From the IMG/VR virus record IMGVR_UViG_3300045988_031640: a DNA stretch of 64,000 nucleotides. One strand, 5' to 3'. Every line of letters starts with the position of its first letter. Position 1 is the first letter of the stretch. Of this stretch, positions 18,350-27,032 are shown in pieces. The notes under the pieces are model-generated. The model searched no databases, was not told the origin of the DNA, and saw nothing but the letters and a program-made list of their open reading frames with translations. This DNA comes from a virus. A program made the translations under genes and the position numbers.

Positions 18350-18392
18350 GCTGTAGATGGTCTAAATGTTGGTTCGATTCCAATATACAGCA
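18350..18392 (+). other. Minimal tRNA-like element (acceptor stem + 11-nt linker + T-arm)
   Basis: GCTGTA/TACAGC acceptor, GTTGG-TTCGATT-CCAAT T-arm, linker ATGGTCTAAAT; no room for an anticodon arm. Confidence 0.6.
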
Positions 18393-18419
18393 CATACGTT
18401 TACTTAGAGTCATTGAACC

Positions 18420-20366
18420 ATGTTTATACGAAATTTTAAAGTCGTTACATACGACATAGAGATTTTCCCAAACTGTTTTCATTGTACATGTAAAGATACA
18501 GAGACACAAGAGTTATTACTTTTTGAAATATCTAATAGAAAGAATCAGCTAACAGAGTTAGTTGATTTTTTCGTTTCTAAAGACATAATCTTTTGTGGCT
18601 ATAACAACAAGCATTATGACGACGTGGTATTAAACTATATTATAGATCTTCAAAGACAATTGAGTCGTAGAACCAGTCAAGAAGTCTGTAGGTCGTTATA
18701 TAAGCTGTCTAAATGTATAATAGAATCAGAAAACGGAGATATAGAAAGATTCAAGAAATGGAAATATGCAAATAAATTCAACTCTATGGATCTTTTGACT
18801 ATGCAATTTAGTTCAAAGTTAAGAGTAGGTCTTAAGGAAATGCAATTAACTATGCACTATAAAAACGTCCAAGAATATTCAGGTTCATTTGATTTACCAA
18901 TCGAAGACTCTGATATTGACGAAATGATTGCATATAATATAAACGATGTTGAATCTACTACAGATCTATTAAATAGACTTGAAGAAGATATAAAACTTCG
19001 TTTGTATATTGAAGATGAATATGGAATTCCATGTTTGTCTTTCGATGGAGTAAAAATTGGAGAATCCATCCTTGCTAAGCTTTATTGTGAGAAAACAGGC
19101 GTAGATATAAAAGAACTCAAAAAAAATCAAGAGCCAGTTGAAGACATAAAGCTAAAGGATGTGATTTTCCCTTTTATACAATATAAAAATCCGAAATTAC
19201 AAGACGTTCTCGAAGATATGAAAAAACAAGTAGTTGATTCGCATGAACGCAAAGGCTATGAGAAGAAGTTTGTTCTCTCAAATTTAGGCTATTCTGTTGG
19301 AGTTGGTGGATTACATTCTATCAACAAACCAGAAATCTTCCGTCCTAACGAGAATGAGTATATTGGGCACAGTGATGTGGCGTCGATGTACCCATCGTTG
19401 TTAATTAAATACAACCTTGCTCCAAGTCGTGTAGGAAAAGAATTTTTGCAGGTCTACACTGACGTTTATAACGACAGAATTTATGCAAAACATAATCGAC
19501 AGAAACTTAAGGATAAGACACTAAAGCTTGCCCTTAACGCTGTAACGGGGAAAATGCAAGAAGAATCAAGTTGGTTATACGATCCATTTAACGTCTTCCG
19601 AATAAGAATCAATGGACAGTTGATCTTGTTTATGTTAATAGAACGTTTGCTGGAGTTAGATTGTAGGATTATACAAGCTAACACAGATGGTGTAGTGTAT
19701 ATAGCTAAGGAAGAGAATCGTAGTAGAATTCAGGAAGCTATTACAAAAGTAGAAGCTATTACACAACTTGTATTTGAAAGCAATGATTATGAAGCGTTTT
19801 ATCAGTACGCAATTAATGATTATTTCGGTATCATTAAGGGATACTCTGAATCCAAAGACCCTAATCTGATAGAAAAGAAAGGAATGTTTATAACCGAGAC
19901 CAAGCTTGGGAAAGGATTAGCACCAGTCGTAATTCCTAAAGCGGTTATAAATTATTTTCTTACAAAACAACCAGTTAAAGAGTTTATAATGTCTGATAAA
20001 GACATCAAAGACTTTATGATTGGTCAGCGTGTAGCTAAAAAGTTCGATGTATATCACGGAAGTGAGAAAGTACAAAGAATTAATAGGTTTTACGCTTCTA
20101 CAAACGATTATTATTTATTCAAGAGAAAATATAATGAGAAGTTAAGAGAGTTTGAATTTTCTTATCAAGGTAAGAAAGTTGATGTAAAGAAATATACAGA
20201 CATAAATCTTTTGACAGAATCAGGAGTTACTATCTTGAATACGTATGACGAAAAGCCTATAGAGCATCGTCATATAAACTATCAGTACTACATATCTAAA
20301 GCAAGTAAAATTATTAGCGAGCTTACGAGTGTACAACTGAGTTTGTTTGACGATCAGACTTGTTAA
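18420..20366 (+). CDS. DNA polymerase, family B
   Basis: Exo motif VVTYDIEIFP; DVASMYPSLL (motif A), KLALNAVTGK (motif B), QANTDGVVYI (motif C). Confidence 0.9.
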   Translation: MFIRNFKVVTYDIEIFPNCFHCTCKDTETQELLLFEISNRKNQLTELVDFFVSKDIIFCGYNNKHYDDVVLNYIIDLQRQLSRRTSQEVCRSLYKLSKCIIESENGDIERFKKWKYANKFNSMDLLTMQFSSKLRVGLKEMQLTMHYKNVQEYSGSFDLPIEDSDIDEMIAYNINDVESTTDLLNRLEEDIKLRLYIEDEYGIPCLSFDGVKIGESILAKLYCEKTGVDIKELKKNQEPVEDIKLKDVIFPFIQYKNPKLQDVLEDMKKQVVDSHERKGYEKKFVLSNLGYSVGVGGLHSINKPEIFRPNENEYIGHSDVASMYPSLLIKYNLAPSRVGKEFLQVYTDVYNDRIYAKHNRQKLKDKTLKLALNAVTGKMQEESSWLYDPFNVFRIRINGQLILFMLIERLLELDCRIIQANTDGVVYIAKEENRSRIQEAITKVEAITQLVFESNDYEAFYQYAINDYFGIIKGYSESKDPNLIEKKGMFITETKLGKGLAPVVIPKAVINYFLTKQPVKEFIMSDKDIKDFMIGQRVAKKFDVYHGSEKVQRINRFYASTNDYYLFKRKYNEKLREFEFSYQGKKVDVKKYTDINLLTESGVTILNTYDEKPIEHRHINYQYYISKASKIISELTSVQLSLFDDQTC

Positions 20367-20956
20367 CCAAAGAGTATAAAAGTATGATTATTGAATTAAA
20401 CACAAAACTTCTGGATTATCCAGATAAACTAAATTTAAATCAATTAGTCTTCCTAAGTATGGTATTGGATAAGAATCAAAAAGCCAATAATCAAGACGTC
20501 CGCAAAATTGTCAGCCTAATTAGCGACGACGAAATATCATACTTAATCGAACAAGGACTTATTACCTCGATAGAGAGAGGGAATTCAATTACATATCAAG
20601 AATCTGAAAAGCTTACAGCTTATATCGAACCAGATCGTAGCTATTTTGATCAGTTTTACGATATGTACCCAGTTTATGTTGTTCGTCCAGATGGAGAAAA
20701 AGTCTATCTTAGAACGAATAAGAATAAATGCAGAAATCTTTATAACTCCTATGTTAGTAAAAGCTATACCAAAGCTGAACATATTAACAAATGCTTAGTT
20801 AAGGAACTTGAGAAGAAAACCAAGCTTGGCAAAATAGGATATATGAAGACTATGTGGAGATGGTTACAAGACCATCAGTGGGAAGAAATTGAAGAAGAGA
20901 TGCTAAGTGAACAGCAAGAGCAAAATACAGAGACATATGGAACAGAACTTATCTAA
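20360..20956 (+). CDS. Hypothetical replication-module protein
   Basis: 198-aa ORF between polymerase and helicase. Confidence 0.6.
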   Translation: MLTKEYKSMIIELNTKLLDYPDKLNLNQLVFLSMVLDKNQKANNQDVRKIVSLISDDEISYLIEQGLITSIERGNSITYQESEKLTAYIEPDRSYFDQFYDMYPVYVVRPDGEKVYLRTNKNKCRNLYNSYVSKSYTKAEHINKCLVKELEKKTKLGKIGYMKTMWRWLQDHQWEEIEEEMLSEQQEQNTETYGTELI

Positions 20957-21863
20957 TTTGATACGTCCTATGTCTGTAGTTGCGAATGAAGCTGTTCAAT
21001 ATATTGCAGGCAGACGTGAACATAAAATCGTCAGCTTAAAAACAAGATGGAATAAGTTTAACAAGCAGTGTATGGGTGGAATAGAGCCTAACACTGTACT
21101 TACCATTGCAGGTATCTCTGGAAGTGGAAAGAGTTCGTTTGCGAACTTAATTACCACAGACGTGATTGATTTAAATGAATCAGAAGATGTTATAGTACTA
21201 AACTTCTCTTTAGAGATGGTTGGTTTTAGGCAGGTTGGAAGGACGCTCTCAAATAAGCTAAGGAGAACGACTTCAACTCTGTATAGTTCTGAAAAGGACC
21301 TGGACGACAATACCTTCAGAATGGTCGTATCGGTAACCAATAAGCTAAAGGAGTATCCTATTTACTTTGTAGATAGTCCTACTACTCCCACGCAAGTTAA
21401 AGACATAATATTCCAATTCTATGATACGTATGTTAAAGGAACTAACAAGCATTTCTTGATAGTATACGATCATGCGTTACTAACAAAACAAGTAGGATCT
21501 GTATTAGAAACTATAAGTGAGTTAGAAAGAGTGTTCATACAAGCTAAGAAGCTACCAATGACAAGCATTATACAGCTTGCTCAAATGAACAGAAACATAG
21601 AATCTTCTGAGAGAATAAACAATCCGACAAGTCATTATCCTATGAGAAGTGATTTGTCATCATCAGACGCTATATTTCAAGCAAGCGATTACGTTTGCGT
21701 TATACATAGACCAGAAATATTGGGCATCCAAGAATACGGTCCGAATCATTTACCTACTTCTAACAAAGTATACATACACATGTTAAAGAACCGCGATGCG
21801 GGAAAACCATGTATACTTGAATTCGAGAATGACCTTGCGTTCAATAATCTGATAGAAGTATAA
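20907..21863 (+). CDS. DnaB-like replicative helicase (SF4)
   Basis: Walker A GISGSGKSSFANLI, LNFSLEM, LIVYDHA Walker B-like, SDAIFQASDYVCVIHRPE. Confidence 0.82.
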   Translation: MNSKSKIQRHMEQNLSNLIRPMSVVANEAVQYIAGRREHKIVSLKTRWNKFNKQCMGGIEPNTVLTIAGISGSGKSSFANLITTDVIDLNESEDVIVLNFSLEMVGFRQVGRTLSNKLRRTTSTLYSSEKDLDDNTFRMVVSVTNKLKEYPIYFVDSPTTPTQVKDIIFQFYDTYVKGTNKHFLIVYDHALLTKQVGSVLETISELERVFIQAKKLPMTSIIQLAQMNRNIESSERINNPTSHYPMRSDLSSSDAIFQASDYVCVIHRPEILGIQEYGPNHLPTSNKVYIHMLKNRDAGKPCILEFENDLAFNNLIEV

Positions 21864-21898
21864 GCGTCAATTGTAAAACATTTTAAGGCTGAAATTTT

Positions 21899-22381
21899 AT
21901 GAATACATATACTTTTACAACTGGCAACAATAGTAACAACAATATTAAGAAGTTTTTCACATTTTCCTTTCTTAAGAAGAATAAGCCTACAGACTATTCT
22001 GAGGTTCTCGATGACCTTATTCTTGATAATCTAATGGAGACTAATTCATATCTCAAGGATTACAAGACTAAGATGGAAGATGCAAAGATTTTCAAGGCCA
22101 GCACTGCTTCACTGAAGGGCAACGAGTTTGCAGAGGCAGCATCATTCCTTGCTAACTATGGCAAGAAAAAGACTTTCCCATTTACATTTGGTAAGGTTTA
22201 CAAGCTCGCGGGTATTCCAGTTATCTTCTACGATGACGAGATTCAGATTGACCGTGACATTTACACATACGACGACTTCGAGAATCTTGCATTCTTGAAT
22301 ACGTTAAGTGCTCCAAAGAAGAAGATCATTATTGATATTTACACCAACAGTCACAATATCAATATTGAGATTAATAAATAA
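21899..22381 (+). CDS. Hypothetical protein
   Basis: 160-aa ORF. Confidence 0.6.
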   Translation: MNTYTFTTGNNSNNNIKKFFTFSFLKKNKPTDYSEVLDDLILDNLMETNSYLKDYKTKMEDAKIFKASTASLKGNEFAEAASFLANYGKKKTFPFTFGKVYKLAGIPVIFYDDEIQIDRDIYTYDDFENLAFLNTLSAPKKKIIIDIYTNSHNINIEINK

Positions 22382-22399
22382 TCTAAAACCTAAGAGTTA

Positions 22400-23137
22400 A
22401 TGATTACATTACCTACATCTAAAGTTCCAGCAGTTTCAGTTAATCCACGTTTCTTAATTATCTATGGTCGTCCAAAGTCTGGTAAGACATCAGCATTGGC
22501 GCAGTTAGAAAATAACTTGATCATAGACTTAGAAGGTGGTTCTACGTTTATTGATGCTATGGCAATACAATGCCGTAACATTAGTGACTTAGGAGAGGCT
22601 GCTCAAGCCATTAGAGCTAAGAATAAAGAAGTAGGGCATAATTTCTATAACCATATTACAATAGACAATGCTACTCGATTAGAGGAGATTTGTTTAAGTT
22701 ATGCTGCTACTTTATATCGTCAAAGTCCAGTTGGAAAGAACTGGAAGGGAGACGATGTTCGTACATTACCTAACGGTTCTGGCTATTTCTATATTAGACA
22801 GGCAGTACGTAAGGTAATTGACATGTTTAAAGAGCTTTGTGACGAGTTCATATTGGTCGGACATGTTAAAGATGTACAAATTGATAACAACGGAGAAGAG
22901 CTATCAGAAATGGCACTTGACTTAGTTGGGAAGCTTTCTGCAATTATATGCGGAGAAGCTGATGCAGTAGGTCTTGTTTACCGAAAGGGAAATGAGACTC
23001 ATATAAGTTTCAAAGGAGGAGATGGTTCTATTAAGGAGGCTCGTGCTCCACACCTAAGAGGACAGGATATAGTCATCGCCAAAGGAAACGATGATGGAAG
23101 CATAACAACCTATTGGGATAAGGTTTATAAGGATTAA
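22400..23137 (+). CDS. RecA-fold AAA_24/Sak4-like ATPase
   Basis: FLIIYGRPKSGKTSALAQLENNLIIDLEGGSTFIDA. Confidence 0.75.
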   Translation: MITLPTSKVPAVSVNPRFLIIYGRPKSGKTSALAQLENNLIIDLEGGSTFIDAMAIQCRNISDLGEAAQAIRAKNKEVGHNFYNHITIDNATRLEEICLSYAATLYRQSPVGKNWKGDDVRTLPNGSGYFYIRQAVRKVIDMFKELCDEFILVGHVKDVQIDNNGEELSEMALDLVGKLSAIICGEADAVGLVYRKGNETHISFKGGDGSIKEARAPHLRGQDIVIAKGNDDGSITTYWDKVYKD

Positions 23138-23182
23138 TCCCTATTATTTTAAGAAGTTATAACTCAATAAAATTAAGAAATT

Positions 23183-23779
23183 ATGTATAGTACAAGTACA
23201 GCTGTTACAAATAATAACGAGTCTAATGGTTCTTATATGCCAGTTGGTATTAATGAGAACGTTTTCTTGAAGTCTGTAGAGGCTAAGAAGTCTCCAAATG
23301 GTCATGATTTTCTTGAAATTACATTCGAGAACAATGAGGGTAAAACCGCATCTATGACAGAATGGAAGAACGAAAAGAGTATGTGGGTTAAGACCGACGA
23401 GGATTTACAGCGTCGTGATAACTTACAGTTTGGTCGAATCATGCAGATTATCAACTGTTATCTCCCTAACGTTGAAGGTGAGTTTAACACTTTCAAGGAG
23501 ATGATAGATTGGGTACAGGCGACTCTATCTCCTATGGTAGCAACTAAGAAGGCTTTACGTCTGAAGGTTGTTTACGATAAGAATAACTATACTCAGGTAT
23601 CTAAGAACGGTATCTTTGTTGAGCCTATGGATAAGGCTGAGACAGAGATTAAGAAGTTCTCTCGTGACAGTTTTGAGCGACAGGTAGTCGCAGATGTTGA
23701 GAAATCAACAGATCCTCTTGCTTCAGCTACAAACGCTGATAGTACTCAGGCATCAGGTAGTGACGACCTTCCATTTTAA
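23183..23779 (+). CDS. Single-stranded DNA-binding-like protein
   Basis: C-terminal acidic tip SGSDDLPF typical of SSB; location in replication module. Confidence 0.6.
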   Translation: MYSTSTAVTNNNESNGSYMPVGINENVFLKSVEAKKSPNGHDFLEITFENNEGKTASMTEWKNEKSMWVKTDEDLQRRDNLQFGRIMQIINCYLPNVEGEFNTFKEMIDWVQATLSPMVATKKALRLKVVYDKNNYTQVSKNGIFVEPMDKAETEIKKFSRDSFERQVVADVEKSTDPLASATNADSTQASGSDDLPF

Positions 23780-23900
23780 TGGTAAATAGTCACTGGTGGA
23801 CACATCCAAGCAAGCTTGGTGCAGAATATGGTTTACGTGAGTGATGTCCGTATTCCTAGCGACACCAAGACAGTTTTGAGGTTCTGTAAAAACCTCACAC

Positions 23901-23968
23901 GGGATGTATGGTAATATGTTTCACTGCCATAACTTTTCATATAGGAGGTTCGATTCCTCCTCATCCCA
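23901..23968 (+). tRNA. tRNA-like element with non-canonical interior
   Basis: GGGATG/CATCCC, T-arm GGAGG-TTCGATT-CCTCC; 36-nt interior does not give clear D and anticodon arms. Confidence 0.5.
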
Positions 23969-23969
23969 C

Positions 23970-24350
23970 TGTAAGACCTAAATTTGCCAATTAGGCTTGG
24001 GTGGTAAACTTAATAACCGATGGGAGCATACTGTCCATAAACAAAGTGTATGAAGCGCTAAGGAACAATGCGTAAACTATCTTAGGATGCTGGCGAGCTA
24101 ATTGTGTAGTTGGAAAGGTTAACAGAACTTACATGAATACGTAGAATTGACAGGCTATCAATTCGATTAAATCAAACAACAGTGACGTGTAATAAGGTTA
24201 TGCCTGCGTTAAGTGTATTCTTGCTCTGACACGGAGAGGGCGCGTTTGATTTAAGGCTATTTAGGAGCGATCTAAGACACTTTAGATTAGACTTTGGTGT
24301 AGTTGTTAAGAGAAATGATTTAAGGCTCTTAGAACGCAAATAAATAGCCT
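23970..24350 (+). ncRNA. Non-coding tract between tRNA-like elements
   Basis: No ORF; hairpin potential; contains TTTAAGGC...TTAGAACGC motifs shared with 16.8 and 8.2 kb. Confidence 0.35.
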
Positions 24351-24354
24351 ATTA

Positions 24355-24441
24355 CAAGACATGCTAACTGGAAGTTGGGAGTGGCCTGAAGGCGGCTCGT
24401 GCCGAGTAGATACTGGAGTGGTTCGAGTCCACTGGTCTTGA
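24355..24441 (+). tRNA. tRNA-like element, anticodon unclear
   Basis: CAAGAC/GTCTTG, T-arm AGTGG-TTCGAGT-CCACT; 87 nt; interior hairpin CGGC-TCGT-GCCG. Confidence 0.5.
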
Positions 24442-24455
24442 CTAAAATTATTACT

Positions 24456-24680
24456 ATGGAACGTAAAGATTTTGAAGAAGAGGTTTTAGATTATGCAAAC
24501 AATCGTAAACCTAAAAGCTGGAGAGTTGGGCAAGCTGTATTTAATTACATAGATAATCAGTACGGTGTTGCTCGAGACGTACAGTTTAAAGAAAATGTAG
24601 ATTGTTTTTATGATGATAAAATGATTAAAGACTTTCTAAGATTATCCTACAATAGGATTCGTAAAAAGAAAGGTTGGTAG
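24456..24680 (+). CDS. Small hypothetical protein (TAG stop)
   Basis: ATG at 24456 (MERKDFEEEVLDYANNRKPKSW...), listed 24399 ORF starts inside the tRNA-like element. Confidence 0.6.
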   Translation: MERKDFEEEVLDYANNRKPKSWRVGQAVFNYIDNQYGVARDVQFKENVDCFYDDKMIKDFLRLSYNRIRKKKGW

Positions 24681-24688
24681 AACCTTGG

Positions 24689-24731
24689 GGGTATTTTGGA
24701 ACAAGCATAAGTTCGATTCTTATGATACCTA
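24689..24731 (+). other. Minimal tRNA-like element (acceptor stem + 11-nt linker + T-arm)
   Basis: GGGTATT/GATACCT 7-bp (2 wobbles), ATAAG-TTCGATT-CTTAT T-arm, linker TTGGAACAAGC. Confidence 0.6.
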
Positions 24732-24755
24732 CACTAACAAGAACTTATAAGTCAA

Positions 24756-25730
24756 ATGTATAGTACAAAAACAGCAATTACAATGAGTCTTAAAGACTTG
24801 TTGTCCATGTTGGATGATGAAAGTATCTATACATACTACTTAGGTAGTATAAAAATAGGGAAACTTATCAACAGTCCATTAAGGAATGATGATAGGAATC
24901 CCTCTTTTGCTATATTCCGAGGTAAGCAAGGCGGATTATTCTTCAAGGACCACGGTACTGGAGATGGAGGTAACGCTCTAAAGTTCGTTAAGTTAATCAA
25001 AGGAATAGAAACAAGAGAAGAGTTTGAAATGGAATTACTGAGAATAGTTCGTAAAATGAATCCTAATATGTCTATACGTCAACAGACTTACACCCAGAAC
25101 GTAAGTAATGTTATGGATATAGGAATCGTTAGACAACCATTCACAGATATAGATAAAAGATATTGGAAGCAATTTCATATCTCACTTGATACGCTAAAGA
25201 GATATCAGGTGTTTAGCATTAAATACTTTCTTTGTAATAGAGTCGTCAGAGGAACCTACAAAGAAACTAATCCTATGTATGCATATAAGGTATATGATAG
25301 ATTTAAGATTTATCGACCTTTAGCATCCAAGTATACTAAATGGCGTACTAATTTGACGAATGAGTACGTTCAGGGATTAGCCGAGTTGCCTAAGGATGGA
25401 GGTAATCTCTTGATAATCACAAAGTCTTTAAAAGATGTTATGTGTTTGTATGAGATGGGTTATAATGCAATCGCAGCTTCAAGCGAAACAACATTTATTC
25501 CAGATGATATTATTAAATCATTGAGGAGTAAATGGAAACATATACTCATACTATATGATAGAGACCAAACAGGAATGTTAAGAGCTCGTAAATATAGTAA
25601 AGAGTATAAATTTGATGCTTTCTTCGTTCACAAGAAGTTTAAATCGAAAGACATATCAGATGCAGTAAAATCTAATGGTTTTAATACTGTAAAAGATTGG
25701 CTTTCACAAACATTAAAGAAGTATGATTGA
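24756..25730 (+). CDS. DNA primase (DnaG-like, TOPRIM)
   Basis: INSPLRNDDRNPSFAIFRGKQGGLFFKDHGTGDGGNALKFV; LLIITKSLKDVMCLYEMGYNAIAASSE and ILILYDRDQTG TOPRIM motifs. Confidence 0.85.
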   Translation: MYSTKTAITMSLKDLLSMLDDESIYTYYLGSIKIGKLINSPLRNDDRNPSFAIFRGKQGGLFFKDHGTGDGGNALKFVKLIKGIETREEFEMELLRIVRKMNPNMSIRQQTYTQNVSNVMDIGIVRQPFTDIDKRYWKQFHISLDTLKRYQVFSIKYFLCNRVVRGTYKETNPMYAYKVYDRFKIYRPLASKYTKWRTNLTNEYVQGLAELPKDGGNLLIITKSLKDVMCLYEMGYNAIAASSETTFIPDDIIKSLRSKWKHILILYDRDQTGMLRARKYSKEYKFDAFFVHKKFKSKDISDAVKSNGFNTVKDWLSQTLKKYD

Positions 25731-25962
25731 AACATTGATTCTGGCTATTTCGTTCGGAATAATTGGAGGTATGTTAGGATTTACTCTAATGTACAAAACA
25801 TCTCCAACTATAAAGATGAAGAACGGCCGCGTACGATATATAGATTGTATAGATACAGAGTATATTACTGTGTCTGACAAGAGTGGCGTAGAGATACTTA
25901 ACGCAGCTTTTGCTAAGAATAAGAACGGTATAAACTTTGTTGAGTATGCCACAAAAATCTAA
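25723..25962 (+). CDS. Small membrane-anchored protein
   Basis: LILAISFGIIGGMLGFTLMY N-terminal TM. Confidence 0.5.
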   Translation: MIETLILAISFGIIGGMLGFTLMYKTSPTIKMKNGRVRYIDCIDTEYITVSDKSGVEILNAAFAKNKNGINFVEYATKI

Positions 25963-26350
25963 AGGGAGAGTTAGGAATGCGACTAAGGTCGATAAGTATG
26001 GTTTACACTTTCGTAGTAAGCTCGAATGCTATACTTATGAAGCTTTTATGAATGCTGGAATACCAGTAGAATATGAGCCAAAGCGTTTCACTCTCTTACC
26101 AAAATTCGAGTACAATCAGGAGAAAATACGAGCTATGACATATCTTCCAGACTTTATAGGAAAGGGGTTTGTTGTAGAATGTAAAGGCCTGATGGGTGAT
26201 AGTTTCCCATTACGATGGAAGCTATTCAAATACTACTTGAAACAACACAGAAGTAAAATGAAGTGTTACCTTGTGAGAAATCATAAGCAAGTAGATGAAA
26301 TGATTCAAGAACTTTTAAGTCAAAAGAATTATGGAAAAGAAAAACAATAA
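25937..26350 (+). CDS. PD-(D/E)XK nuclease, DUF1064-like
   Basis: GLHFRSKLECYTYEAFMNAGIPVEYEPKRF ... YLPDFIGKGFVVECKG (D..ExK). Confidence 0.7.
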   Translation: MLSMPQKSKGRVRNATKVDKYGLHFRSKLECYTYEAFMNAGIPVEYEPKRFTLLPKFEYNQEKIRAMTYLPDFIGKGFVVECKGLMGDSFPLRWKLFKYYLKQHRSKMKCYLVRNHKQVDEMIQELLSQKNYGKEKQ

Positions 26351-26849
26351 AGGTAAGTTTATAAAGGTAGGTAATAGTATTTCATTTAAGTTTAGTACTG
26401 ATGGATTAGACTATGATTTACAGCCTGGATCAGTTTACACAGTAAGCTATGACAGGTATGAGGAAAAGCTTACTTTATCTGAAGCACCAAGTCTAAAATT
26501 ACCAGAAAAGGTGTATTCAAGTGAAAGTGATGATAAGTTTATGAAAAAGATTCTTAATCGCTTTCAGAAGTCTAAAGATGAAGTTACTGGTGTCATGCTA
26601 TCTGGACTTAAGGGTTCTGGTAAGACAGTAATGTGTAAGAAAATCGCTTTGGACTCAAATCTCCCTATTATCTTGATAGATAAGTCACTTTACCCAAGTG
26701 TTCTATGTAAGTTATTTAACTTGCTTGAAGACGTAGACGTCTGTGCAATTATTGACGAGATAGACAAGCTTGGTGAAGACTATGACGATAGTTATCTTTA
26801 CTTGATTTCATTGTTAGTCATTTTGGTTGTGTTAGCTTTGATAATGTAA
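26331..26849 (+). CDS. AAA ATPase, truncated/frameshifted at 3' end
   Basis: Walker A GLKGSGKTVMCKK, Walker B CAIIDEIDKLG; abrupt end, with a continuing -1 frame to 26932. Confidence 0.7.
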   Translation: MEKKNNKGKFIKVGNSISFKFSTDGLDYDLQPGSVYTVSYDRYEEKLTLSEAPSLKLPEKVYSSESDDKFMKKILNRFQKSKDEVTGVMLSGLKGSGKTVMCKKIALDSNLPIILIDKSLYPSVLCKLFNLLEDVDVCAIIDEIDKLGEDYDDSYLYLISLLVILVVLALIM

Positions 26850-27032
26850 GTTCGTTTGCTCAAGAGATAAACGAAAATCCTAAAGATACATTTGAAGAGT
26901 TGTTTAACGATATGAACTTATCTGTAAAGTAATATGGAGATAACTGTACCTTATTACGAGGACATGACTCGTATGAAACCAGATTTGGTACATTGTACGT
27001 TATTATGACGATAATATTAAATACAATAAACA

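Noticed and set aside
24399-24455. N-terminal extension of the 24399 ORF
   Set aside because: Overlaps the T-arm and acceptor of the tRNA-like element; start at 24456 preferred.
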